From a virus: a DNA stretch of 64,000 bases. A program made the position numbers and the translations under genes. The stretch covers positions 1 to 64,000 of IMG/VR virus record IMGVR_UViG_3300046542_000335; one strand, given 5' to 3'. Position 1 is the first letter of the stretch; the number at the start of each line of letters is the position of its first letter. Below are positions 39,072 through 48,364 of the stretch, one piece after another. The notes under the pieces were generated by a model. It was not told the DNA's origin, did no database searches, and saw only the letters and a list, made by a program, of their open reading frames with translations.

Positions 39072-39570
39072 AGTGTACCGATACAACGAAGGTGAGGCGG
39101 AGAAGTCGAAAGACATGATGGCCTTGCTGATCGAAGGCCTCAGAGCCTCCTGCTACGCCAGAAGTAAACCGACCGCCCTTGGGCCAACATCCCTAGCAAG
39201 GGCTGCGCGCTTCAACTTCGGTGGTGACTGGGATTTCGTAATGGAACCCGGTATCGCCGTGACCCGTAAACTCAGTGTCGAGCTGGATCCTAACGACCCA
39301 GATCCGTTGGGTACCTGCCTACTCCTCAAGAAGGCGAGCGATGATGCCATCCGCAAGCGCACCATTGAGGAGCTCATCCTACCGGACCTGCAAGCCATGT
39401 ACGCCCCAGACCTGGATTGGCACAAGGCGCTCCAGAAGCAGATCGCCGAAGCCATGGGTCTACCGGCACACTTCCTGGAACCAGTCAAGAAGATAGCCGG
39501 TATGGGACGCTACTACAGCGAATCCATCGGAACGCCTTGGCCAGGGTACTACAGCTTCGAAGAGACGTAA
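39064..39570 (+). CDS. Hypothetical protein
   Basis: Overlapping ORF, converges on next gene. Confidence 0.55.
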   Translation: MSEVYRYNEGEAEKSKDMMALLIEGLRASCYARSKPTALGPTSLARAARFNFGGDWDFVMEPGIAVTRKLSVELDPNDPDPLGTCLLLKKASDDAIRKRTIEELILPDLQAMYAPDLDWHKALQKQIAEAMGLPAHFLEPVKKIAGMGRYYSESIGTPWPGYYSFEET

Positions 39571-40625
39571 CGGACGAAGCGGTCTTCCAAGAAGGCTGCG
39601 TTGTCTGCTGTCTGTCCGGCACTGAAGTACTTGTCCTGCTCAGCCCGGATAACCGTCCGGCGGAGTTTGATCATGGTAGGTAGCATCTTGTCCTCACCCA
39701 CCTTGTCGGCCCAGTAAATGGCCAATGCAGCACGGGATTCCTTTTGGGTCAGAATAGCCCAGAGGATCTGGTGGGTAGGGACTGTGGATGGGAATGCCCC
39801 AGCCTCCAATGCATCCTGACTATAAAGAGTGGGAATGCTTGCCAGGATCTGATTGGCCGTCATACGGCGCGATGCGATCTTGTTGTAGGCATCCTCAATG
39901 ATTTCGTCGGCATGCGTGTCTGTAGGCGTCTGGGCGAACAGGAGGTTGGACTTGACGGAGCATTCCTTACGGAGTCCGCACTTGACCAGCATCTTGTTGA
40001 ACATCACCTGATCCAGGTGGGACTTCATCATCCCTGGGAGTAGCACAGAGGTAATGAAGGTTTCGTTGTTCTCGAATGGGTTGGCTGCTTTCCACATCCG
40101 CCACTGACAGGCCAATAGAGGGATGTCGATGTTTACCACCGCAAGTCCCCGCTTCGAGGTACGGGCTTCGTTCATGACGCCCAACTCGTAGACGGTCAGT
40201 TCGGTGACCGGATGTTCCAGCACTTCAATGGCGGATACTGAGCGCCAGTCTTTCCAGAGGTCCATCCAGTTCCAGTTCTCGGACCGGACAAAGGTGATGA
40301 TCTCTGGGCAGTTATCGTAGAAGTGACCTTCCTTATGGATGCGGCCACGACTATAGGGGGAGGTGATCCCGAGCGTTCCACAGATGCGTTCACAGTCAGT
40401 CGTGACTTGATCGATGTAACCCAGCATGTCCCCGCGGAAAGGTGTCGTGAGGGTGGACAGGAGTTTCATGAGGAGATGGGAGGAAGCCAAACGACCTGAG
40501 ACGGTCTGGCGGAGATCCGTGTACTTCTTGAGGTTCTCAGCCACCCGACCCTGGAGGTAGGTCATTCGGGCGTACTGAAACGGACTGTCATCGAATCCGT
40601 TGGTGCGGTGGAAACTCGTGTTCAT
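39549..40625 (-). CDS. Conserved protein divergent from chmA (phiKZ gp52-like)
   Basis: About 358 aa from MNTSFH; synteny. Confidence 0.65.
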   Translation of the reverse strand: MNTSFHRTNGFDDSPFQYARMTYLQGRVAENLKKYTDLRQTVSGRLASSHLLMKLLSTLTTPFRGDMLGYIDQVTTDCERICGTLGITSPYSRGRIHKEGHFYDNCPEIITFVRSENWNWMDLWKDWRSVSAIEVLEHPVTELTVYELGVMNEARTSKRGLAVVNIDIPLLACQWRMWKAANPFENNETFITSVLLPGMMKSHLDQVMFNKMLVKCGLRKECSVKSNLLFAQTPTDTHADEIIEDAYNKIASRRMTANQILASIPTLYSQDALEAGAFPSTVPTHQILWAILTQKESRAALAIYWADKVGEDKMLPTMIKLRRTVIRAEQDKYFSAGQTADNAAFLEDRFVRYVSSKL

Positions 40626-40778
40626 TTCAGTAATCCATTGAATGTTGTAAAATATTACATACCTGTATGTATAGTATGTAAAATAACTCGCCTGGTGTAA
40701 CAACCGGGCAAGCACCCATGCCGCGTCTATTGCGGTTTGGCTGGAATGGTAGGATCTCGTTGTAAAAATTCACAGACC

Positions 40779-40786
40779 TACATTAT
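40779..40786 (+). promoter_or_regulatory. Putative early promoter of chmA (TACATTAT)
   Basis: AAAATTCACAGACC-TACATTAT. Confidence 0.6.
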
Positions 40787-40974
40787 TCTAGTGACACAGA
40801 CCGCAACTGTTGTTAACCCGCAGTCCGCTAGTACAACGGATGAGTAGGCCCAGTGTCTACGACGGTAGAAATCCCACTGGGAACCTTCAATAGCGATACG
40901 AAGGAATCGTACTGAATTCTGGGAATAGGTCCCACTCGCTGAATAAAACGTGTATACACATCTGGAGATGCAAC

Positions 40975-42954
40975 ATGAGCGATACTTTTGTAACTGACGC
41001 ACCTGCTTCCGAGCCACGTCGTGAAGATACCCGTTCCGAGCTGCGCGAAGATACCCGCCGCGACGAACGTGATTCCCGCGATGGTGACCGTGGCAGCCGT
41101 GGTCGTCGCGATGAGAATCGTGATACCCAGGTGACCTTCGCTGACATGTCGCGTCTGCAAGCCCGTCCTTCCATGGGCGGCCTCAGCGACGCGGTACTGG
41201 CCACGCTGGTCAACACCTTCGAGAACGCCAAGTCGTACGACAAGCCGGGCGTTCCTGCTGAAACCAAGCGCAACCTGTTCAAGGTCATCCCGATGGATGG
41301 CTCGCTGGCACGTTCTTCGCAATCCAGCCTGCTGGTGGTTCTGCCTGCTGTAATCGGTGCCGAGCGTTTCGCACTGACCTACATCCTGCTGATCGAACAA
41401 TCCGGCGATGTACAAACCCGTCCGTTGATCGAACGCGGCGAAACGTTTGATGCTCTGGTTCTGCCAGAAGATCACCTGACCGAAACGTACATCAACATCG
41501 TACGTGATCAGGCAGCTGCTGCCGTTGGCGGCGTGGCTCGTGTTGTTGGCAATCAGGTTATCCTGGCTGACACCTTCACGCACCGCACCGAGAAAGAGAT
41601 GGAGCAGATCATTGCTCACATCTACGATAATGCCTTCGAGGCGATCTGCGGGTTCCGCGAGAACATGATCGACGCCAAGTCGGGCGTTCGTTCCTCGCAG
41701 TTCCGTGTTAGCCCGGACAAGATGGGTAAAGGCTCCCGCCTGGAAGTTTCGTTCGACTACACCGGTAAGCAAGTGGTTGATACCTCTGGCCTGCCGATCC
41801 GTAGCGACGTGACCACCAACCTGTACTACTCCGAGCCGAACGGCGACGACAACCTGTTCTCCCGTACCAAAATGGGCGACATTCGCTGCGGCCTGGACCT
41901 GTTCGTCTCCTACGACGAGAAGGGCGAAAGCGAGCAACGTCGTTTCGGCGGTCGTCGCCGTCGTGGTCGTGATCTGGAATCTCCGTTCTGGCAAGCAGTG
42001 TTGAACATCAACTCTGTTGGCTCGGGCGACTTCCCGTACTCGCTGGAACTGGCGCAACTGCTGATCGCTCAGTCGGTGCAACAGTCCAACGATTACCGTT
42101 GGGCCACCATGCTGCGTCCGCGTAGCACCATGGCAGAAGGTCTGAAGCCTCTGATGTCGCTGGGCCATCTGTTCCTGATGAACCCGGACGAAGAAGCTGC
42201 ATGCGTTGCCAAGGACATCGGTCCGAACATCAACGACAACGACCTGGCCGATTACCTCGACCTGACCGTCAAGCCGGACATCGCCTTCGGCATGACCGTT
42301 CCATCCTCGGGCGAGAAGTCCTGGGTACTGTCGATCTACGAGCGCATTGCGATCGCAGAGCCTGGCAGCGAGCTGGACGATCTGATCGACCTGCTGCACG
42401 CCTCGGCTGACGTGCTGACCGGCAACCGCTTCAGCGCGGCGCTGGAGAAGCGTAACCTGGGTAACGACTACCGTCCGGTGTACACCACCGGTAGCCGTGC
42501 TCTGCTGGGCACCTGGTTGGACGAGAACCAGAACCGTCGTGACGTCCGTGAATGGAACGTCCCTGCGTTGCTGGCTCGTGTTGGCGAGAAGAACCTGGAT
42601 CTGGTATCGGACTTCCAGGCTACTTTCGAAGACACCCGTCGTTCGATCGAGTTCAACCTGGCTGAGCGTTACGCGATCCTGCGTAAAGTGGTTCCTGGTC
42701 TGCACGTTACCGGCACTGCCGAGCAACTGGCGTTCGACCTGGACTACCTGATCGCTCTGCAAGACGCGCTGGATGGTGCGAAGATGTCTCCGCACGTTTC
42801 GTCCAACGATGGTCTGTCGACTCGTCGCTCGATCGGTCACGATGGCTACAGCCGCTACGCTACCAGCGAAATCGGTCGTACCCGTCGCAACCGTAACGAC
42901 GACAACGTCGACCGTCGCGGTCGTCGTCCGTACAACGGTGGCAACTACTACTAA
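40975..42954 (+). CDS. chmA: Chimallin, major phage nuclear shell protein (phiKZ gp54-like)
   Basis: 659 aa, very strong codon bias, between gp52-like gene and nvRNAP beta'; disordered N and C tails. Confidence 0.85.
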   Translation: MSDTFVTDAPASEPRREDTRSELREDTRRDERDSRDGDRGSRGRRDENRDTQVTFADMSRLQARPSMGGLSDAVLATLVNTFENAKSYDKPGVPAETKRNLFKVIPMDGSLARSSQSSLLVVLPAVIGAERFALTYILLIEQSGDVQTRPLIERGETFDALVLPEDHLTETYINIVRDQAAAAVGGVARVVGNQVILADTFTHRTEKEMEQIIAHIYDNAFEAICGFRENMIDAKSGVRSSQFRVSPDKMGKGSRLEVSFDYTGKQVVDTSGLPIRSDVTTNLYYSEPNGDDNLFSRTKMGDIRCGLDLFVSYDEKGESEQRRFGGRRRRGRDLESPFWQAVLNINSVGSGDFPYSLELAQLLIAQSVQQSNDYRWATMLRPRSTMAEGLKPLMSLGHLFLMNPDEEAACVAKDIGPNINDNDLADYLDLTVKPDIAFGMTVPSSGEKSWVLSIYERIAIAEPGSELDDLIDLLHASADVLTGNRFSAALEKRNLGNDYRPVYTTGSRALLGTWLDENQNRRDVREWNVPALLARVGEKNLDLVSDFQATFEDTRRSIEFNLAERYAILRKVVPGLHVTGTAEQLAFDLDYLIALQDALDGAKMSPHVSSNDGLSTRRSIGHDGYSRYATSEIGRTRRNRNDDNVDRRGRRPYNGGNYY

Positions 42955-42978
42955 GCAACACTAGTAGTAGGTTAATCT

Positions 42979-43022
42979 GAGCGGAGGGGGCAACCCCTCC
43001 GTCTCTATTTTTTATTTATGTC
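42979..43022 (+). terminator. Hairpin after chmA
   Basis: CGGAGGGG-GCAA-CCCCTCCG then TATTTTTTATTTATG. Confidence 0.7.
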
Positions 43023-43037
43023 CCACCGGAGAGAAGT

Positions 43038-44528
43038 ATGGAACTCATTACAGGCGATATTACAGAGCCCCGCTTCCGGTACATTGGACGTAAGGGGATC
43101 TATCCGGTCATCGTGGATTACGACGATCTGTTTCGCCGTTTGGGTACCGAGCCAGTGTTGGCAAACGACATTGACCTGTCGACGGAGGAAGGTCGAGTCC
43201 GGTTTAACCGTCTTGTGTACAGTAGTTACGATGGTGACGTGTTCTCTAACGTTCCCTCCTGCCCCTGCCGTGAGACAAAAGGTGGTCACCTGGTTCATCG
43301 CCGGTGTCCGAACTGTGGTTTTGAATGCCTACCCGTTACTGAACAGAGTATTGAACCTCTGGTCTGGGTGCGCGTACCGGAAGGAATCCCTGGGTTCCTC
43401 AACCTCACCGTTTATACGCAGCTGCGCAAGAAGCTGTTAAAGAATGGATTCTCTGCACTGGATTGGTTCTTGGACCCGTCTTATCAGGCCTTGAAAGAGG
43501 ACTGTCCCGTTGAAGCTGTCGTTACCCGCATGGGTTTCAAACGTGGTCTAACCTCGTTCCATGACAACTTTGACGACATCGTTACTGCTTTATGCCGCAC
43601 ACGGACTTTCTTTGCCGATAAAGAAGGTAAGGAAATGCTGCGGTTTATCGAGTTTATCCGCAACAAAGTGTTCTGCCAATACCTGCCATTCCCGAGTAAG
43701 ATCGGGTTCATTCTGGAAACCGTAGGGGAACGAATCTACGCAGACCCGAAGATGGCGCCTGCGTTAAACGCATTGCTGTCCATTGCGAACACTGAACGTG
43801 CCCGCAAACGTTCCATGGCCCAAGTAGAGTCCCGCGTGGCTCGATCTCTGGCTAACCTGACGATGTACTATCAGGAGAACGAAAAGAACAAGATCTTCCC
43901 GAAGAAGGGGATCTTCCGCAAACTGGCCTACGGGGTGGATCCGCACTGGACTTTCCGGACGGTGATCACTTCCAAACACACGCCGCATAACCACGAAGAA
44001 CTCGACATTCCTTGGGGCACTGCGGTCTTAACGTTAAAACTTCACATTGCGAACAAATTACGTAGAGAAGGTTATACTCCCAACGAGATCTTCACCCTCA
44101 TCTACGATAACGTTCTACGAACTCACCACAAGCTGGAGCGAATCTTCGATCAGCTGATCGCGGAAACACCTGGCGGCAAAGGGATACCGTGTACATTCAC
44201 GCGATTCCCATCCCTGAAGCGTGGCTCTACTCAACGCTTCTACATCAGGACCATCAAGCGTGATCCTAACCAACTGAGTACCAGTATCTCGGTACTCTGC
44301 CTCAAGGCACCAAACGCCGACTTTGACGGCGACTACATGTCTGGTCAACTGGCGCTGGATAACTTCACAGCCCGCGCTTTCGATCGGATGGCACCTAGCA
44401 CTGGTATCATGGACTTGGACGTACCGTTCCAGGTGAGCGACCATGCGATGATCCCGGCTCCGGTATTGTCAACCATCAATGCTAGACTCGAGGAAGGGGA
44501 AGATCATTCTGTTGAATTGGAGGGCTAA
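43038..44528 (+). CDS. Non-virion RNAP beta'-like subunit, catalytic N-terminal part (phiKZ gp55-like)
   Basis: Zn finger CPC..CPNC; RTVIT; RFPSL; NADFDGD. Confidence 0.93.
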   Translation: MELITGDITEPRFRYIGRKGIYPVIVDYDDLFRRLGTEPVLANDIDLSTEEGRVRFNRLVYSSYDGDVFSNVPSCPCRETKGGHLVHRRCPNCGFECLPVTEQSIEPLVWVRVPEGIPGFLNLTVYTQLRKKLLKNGFSALDWFLDPSYQALKEDCPVEAVVTRMGFKRGLTSFHDNFDDIVTALCRTRTFFADKEGKEMLRFIEFIRNKVFCQYLPFPSKIGFILETVGERIYADPKMAPALNALLSIANTERARKRSMAQVESRVARSLANLTMYYQENEKNKIFPKKGIFRKLAYGVDPHWTFRTVITSKHTPHNHEELDIPWGTAVLTLKLHIANKLRREGYTPNEIFTLIYDNVLRTHHKLERIFDQLIAETPGGKGIPCTFTRFPSLKRGSTQRFYIRTIKRDPNQLSTSISVLCLKAPNADFDGDYMSGQLALDNFTARAFDRMAPSTGIMDLDVPFQVSDHAMIPAPVLSTINARLEEGEDHSVELEG

Positions 44529-44533
44529 CAATC

Positions 44534-45157
44534 ATGGCGTACATTGTATCAGACGGTGACGCCGATGTGATACACGCATCGACACACGGGATGATGTCTC
44601 GCGCCGACCTGGAGTTCTTCCGGGATCGAGTGGACAGAGTCGCGCGTTCGGCGGGTAACTTTGCTTCACGTTACTTGACCCGAGCGAAAGAGGCGTTGGA
44701 CAACTTCGACTTCAGCTCCATCCGCGATCGTGTGGAAGGTATGCGGGATCGATTCGGGAGACGCTGGGATGAAGACCGCATTCTTCCCCTGGTAAACCTG
44801 GCCGATTTCCAGAACGCCAAACCACGCAACCGAGCGGTCGTCATGTCGAACCCACGCTACCGAGCCTTGTGGTATAAAGGTCAGGCAGATGGGTACGATG
44901 GTCTGTACGAAGACGACGAACGCGACAGTATCGGTCGTGAGCACGACATGTACCGTGAAATCATGAACGGTGCACACGTCGAAGGGGAAGAGGGCGAAGA
45001 TACTTTCGTCACCTACCTCGGAGTTGTGGACGAACACGGCGACGCCAAGTTCAACCAGAACGAGAAAGATACAGCTCGAGACATCTACAGAACTCTCGAA
45101 GAGATTCTGGACCGGGGCAAGCAAGACCCTGGCAGTCTCGTTCGCAAGACGTTGTAA
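44534..45157 (+). CDS. Conserved chimallivirus protein (phiKZ gp59-like by synteny)
   Basis: 207 aa directly after nvRNAP beta'. Confidence 0.6.
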   Translation: MAYIVSDGDADVIHASTHGMMSRADLEFFRDRVDRVARSAGNFASRYLTRAKEALDNFDFSSIRDRVEGMRDRFGRRWDEDRILPLVNLADFQNAKPRNRAVVMSNPRYRALWYKGQADGYDGLYEDDERDSIGREHDMYREIMNGAHVEGEEGEDTFVTYLGVVDEHGDAKFNQNEKDTARDIYRTLEEILDRGKQDPGSLVRKTL

Positions 45158-45158
45158 T

Positions 45159-45200
45159 GGACTGGGGAGCTTCGGCTCCCCTGACCCCTTTCTTTTTTTG
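45159..45200 (+). terminator. Intrinsic terminator, 25-bp identical to 10199..10223
   Basis: GGACTGGGGAGCTTCGGCTCCCCTG then CTTTCTTTTTTT. Confidence 0.85.
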
Positions 45201-45238
45201 TCATAATAGGATGTATTCAACGACTGAGGTAGATTCCT

Positions 45239-45664
45239 ATGTCTACGAGCATCCTAGGTCTGGGCAAGGAAGGAGTCATCTCTGATATTGACATCAAGAT
45301 CGACTACCTGATGTGCACTTTCTTCTTCGCAAAACACAGCCAATCGACCCTGTACCGTAACAGCATCACTTCCCTGGCCAAGATCATCCAACTCTACGGA
45401 GACGATGACCTGACCATTCCGGGAGAGATCCAAACGGAACTACAGAAGTTCCTGGCCAAATTCTTCTCCTCCGCTCAAGTGACAGTCGACGTCGAGAACG
45501 ATGGCGATGATCCAGGCATCAACCTGAAAATTGAAGCGGTGGTGACAGATAGCACGCCTTCGGGTACCGTTAGCACAAGCATCGGTTACTCGTTGACGAC
45601 TCGAGACTCCGCACTCAAGTCGATCGTGAACGTTAGTAATGGCACCATTGTATACACCTCGTAA
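45239..45664 (+). CDS. Conserved protein, possible gp25/GpW-like baseplate fold
   Basis: GAGG SD; helix followed by VTVDV..INLKIEAVV strands. Confidence 0.5.
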   Translation: MSTSILGLGKEGVISDIDIKIDYLMCTFFFAKHSQSTLYRNSITSLAKIIQLYGDDDLTIPGEIQTELQKFLAKFFSSAQVTVDVENDGDDPGINLKIEAVVTDSTPSGTVSTSIGYSLTTRDSALKSIVNVSNGTIVYTS

Positions 45665-45693
45665 CCCAAAACCCCGCCTATTAAGGAAGTAAC

Positions 45694-46290
45694 ATGTCTC
45701 AAGTAGAAACCGCAGCACCGATCGCCTTCCCATCGACCACCGAAGAACTGCGTGCCTTCGTTGCCGGGACCATGACCGAAGTGCTGAACATCCCTGAAAA
45801 CAAGGCCATCCAGGCTGAATCCCTGCTGGGCTTCCTGCTGGGCCTGGTTCAGGAACGTCGTGCCAAAGACGACCGTGCCCAGTTCCGTCCGGTGGTTGTA
45901 TCCACCTACTACCGCGGCGCTGCTCGTGCCACCTGCGGCGTGAAGGAAGGCGAGTTCTTCGTCCAGTTCGAAGAAGAAGCCAAGGACGCCGATGGCAAGC
46001 TGGTTCTGGAAGCGCACGACGTCAATGGCGTGTCGATGACCCGTCCGGTCTGGAAAGCCATGCCGCTGGAAGCCGGTCCCCTGGAAATGCTGACCAAGCT
46101 GGTTCTGTCCCAGCCAGTACAGCCAGGCCAGGTCTTCTACGTTACCACCGCAGCTGGCATCGAAGCGCACATGGAAGCCATGACCGACATGTTCCAGGCT
46201 ACCGACGCCACGCGCACCAAGCTGGACGGCGCCAGCAAAGAAGAACTGTTGGCCTCGGGTGAAGCGCAAGCCTTCGCCGAAGCTCAGTAA
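45694..46290 (+). CDS. Hypothetical protein (198 aa)
   Basis: AAGGA SD; strong codon bias. Confidence 0.75.
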   Translation: MSQVETAAPIAFPSTTEELRAFVAGTMTEVLNIPENKAIQAESLLGFLLGLVQERRAKDDRAQFRPVVVSTYYRGAARATCGVKEGEFFVQFEEEAKDADGKLVLEAHDVNGVSMTRPVWKAMPLEAGPLEMLTKLVLSQPVQPGQVFYVTTAAGIEAHMEAMTDMFQATDATRTKLDGASKEELLASGEAQAFAEAQ

Positions 46291-46350
46291 TTCGGCCGTA
46301 ACAATCACAGCTGGAGGGTGAAAACCCTCCAGCTTGACAAGGATTTTTTT

Positions 46351-46995
46351 ATGACGCCTCAAGATCAAGCCAACCACACCTACCATGAAATCGTACGTCG
46401 GGGCCTGGAAGGCTTCGACAGTGCGGTAGAAGCCATCAACGCCGGTAGCTCTGCTCGTGTGCGTAACGTGCGGGAGAAGTACTTCCAGGCTGTCATACTG
46501 CCTATTCTCCGCAAGCGTGTGCGTAACGAAGTCTGCGAAGACCTGGGCGTCTGGTTGAACACGGCTGATGGCCTGCACAACCCGATGAACATCGTGGACG
46601 ATTCCGGCGCCCTGCTGTTTGTCTGCCCACCTGCCTTCATCGACCAGCAGCTTAACACAAAGCCGCCTGAGGGCCGTTTCACTACAACCCACCACGTAGT
46701 GCAGCAGCAAGCCGATATGATCGCCAACGGCGACATGCGCGGTATCATGGCTATCGAGGAAGGTATCTTTGAGGCCCACAAACCTCAGACCGAAATGCAT
46801 CATCGCGCTGATGCGATTATGTTGTTGGTAGATATTTACAAGTTCTACCAGATACCTATGGAAGAACTGCTCGGACCTCAAGCCAACGAGATCCTGGCAT
46901 TGGCCAACAAGCGCGATTCCACGAAAGTCGCTTTGCCCACCCCGCAACAAGAAGAGATCCATGACGAACCCTCAGACGATGACCTCATCTACTGA
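46351..46995 (+). CDS. Conserved hypothetical protein
   Basis: AAGGA SD; IVDDSGALLFVCPP motif; acidic tail. Confidence 0.7.
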   Translation: MTPQDQANHTYHEIVRRGLEGFDSAVEAINAGSSARVRNVREKYFQAVILPILRKRVRNEVCEDLGVWLNTADGLHNPMNIVDDSGALLFVCPPAFIDQQLNTKPPEGRFTTTHHVVQQQADMIANGDMRGIMAIEEGIFEAHKPQTEMHHRADAIMLLVDIYKFYQIPMEELLGPQANEILALANKRDSTKVALPTPQQEEIHDEPSDDDLIY

Positions 46996-48148
46996 GACTC
47001 GCATCCTCCGCGTTAAGCTCAACGGTATAACCGCCGCCATCCGTCAAATAGATGAAGGTTATACCGTGGCACTTATCAGCGACGTCCATTTGGGACATGG
47101 ACGAGTCCACGCCACTAAAGTGATCAAAACCCTCAACACAATGTTCCCAGAGTCTCGGTTAGCCGGGATTGACATGGTGATGATCACAGGCGACCTGTTT
47201 GATAAACGATTGACCTACGACAGTGACGATGCGTTGCTGATCACCCGGTGGATCGAGATCTTCCTCCGCCTCTGCGCCAGACACAATGTCGCTGTGCGGA
47301 TTCTGGAAGGTACGCCTAGCCACGACAACAAACAGTCGCGTTGGCTGCCATTGATTAACGAAGTGTCGAACATCAACCTCGACATCAAGTATTACGGCAC
47401 GCTGGCGATTGATGAGTTGTACGAAGGAGGGCCTCTGGCGCTGTACGTGCCGGACGAAGTAAACCACGACGCCAGTGTTACCTGGATGCAGGTAAACGAG
47501 CTCCTGCGTCAACGTGGAGTCTCTCAGGTGCATTACGCGTTCATGCACGGCATGTTCACGTACCAAGAGCCAATCCGAACCGTAGTCAGCCATAACGTCG
47601 ACAACTATCACTCGATCGTGACCGAGCGGATCTACATCGGACACCACCACACCCACACCACCTGTGGGCGCATTACCGTACCGGGCTCCCCTGAGCGTTT
47701 GCGGCATAACGAGGAGGAGGACAAAGGCCACCTCCAGTTTACCATCGCAAAAGATTGGACCTGCCACAACGAACTCTTCATTATTAACGAAGATGCGACG
47801 ATCTTCTCGACCTTTGACCTTAAAGGCGTGCAGATCAAGGCAGCGTACAAGTTCCTTGAAAGTCACGAGCATCTCCCGCAGGGTAGCCATATCCGCCTGG
47901 AGATCAGTCGTGAAGATCCTGCGTATGCAGCCTTGGCTGAGATCAAAGCCAGGTTCCCTCAGTTCAACATCACGACCAAAGTGGTGGAAGCTGATGCCTA
48001 TACGCCAGACACCACTGATCTGATCGAACGGCCAGTCATCACGGCTATCCGTCCGGACACGATCAACGACCTCCTGTGGTCGCGTGTGAAAGATGTAGAG
48101 AAACCTGTCCTTGATTGTATCCAACGAATCCTTGCGGAGGCTGCATGA
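46961..48148 (+). CDS. sbcD: SbcD/Mre11-like metallophosphoesterase nuclease
   Basis: SDVHLG, GDLFD, GTPSHD, MHG, GHHH motifs. Confidence 0.88.
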   Translation: MTNPQTMTSSTETRILRVKLNGITAAIRQIDEGYTVALISDVHLGHGRVHATKVIKTLNTMFPESRLAGIDMVMITGDLFDKRLTYDSDDALLITRWIEIFLRLCARHNVAVRILEGTPSHDNKQSRWLPLINEVSNINLDIKYYGTLAIDELYEGGPLALYVPDEVNHDASVTWMQVNELLRQRGVSQVHYAFMHGMFTYQEPIRTVVSHNVDNYHSIVTERIYIGHHHTHTTCGRITVPGSPERLRHNEEEDKGHLQFTIAKDWTCHNELFIINEDATIFSTFDLKGVQIKAAYKFLESHEHLPQGSHIRLEISREDPAYAALAEIKARFPQFNITTKVVEADAYTPDTTDLIERPVITAIRPDTINDLLWSRVKDVEKPVLDCIQRILAEAA

Positions 48149-48345
48149 AGAATATCCCACGTCTGTATACCCTCAGACAACTGATCGCTACCACGGCGGG
48201 TGAGGAAGGCACTCGTGTCCTCATCAACAACCAGTGGGTCCCAGCCCGCCCTATGGGGTACGGTGGGATCGTTCGTCGCTTCAAGCTAGCCTGGAAGGTC
48301 TTCACGGGCAAAGCTGACGCGGTCACCTGGCCGGGTAACCAATGA
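48145..48345 (+). CDS. Small conserved phage protein (66 aa)
   Basis: GGAGG SD, ATGA overlap; WVPARP..LAWKVFTGKADAVTW. Confidence 0.7.
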   Translation: MKNIPRLYTLRQLIATTAGEEGTRVLINNQWVPARPMGYGGIVRRFKLAWKVFTGKADAVTWPGNQ

Positions 48346-48364
48346 TCGCTCCTGGAGTGACATC

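Noticed and set aside
40836-40872. Hammerhead-ribozyme-like CGGATGAG...GAAA in the chmA leader
   Set aside because: Core deviates from CUGANGA and stem II is followed by GAC, not GAAA; stems I/III cannot be built
40828-42840. 670-aa ORF antisense to chmA (and similar ones at 3408, 6358, 17036, 19977, 36427, 55133)
   Set aside because: Antisense shadow ORFs caused by codon bias of the sense genes
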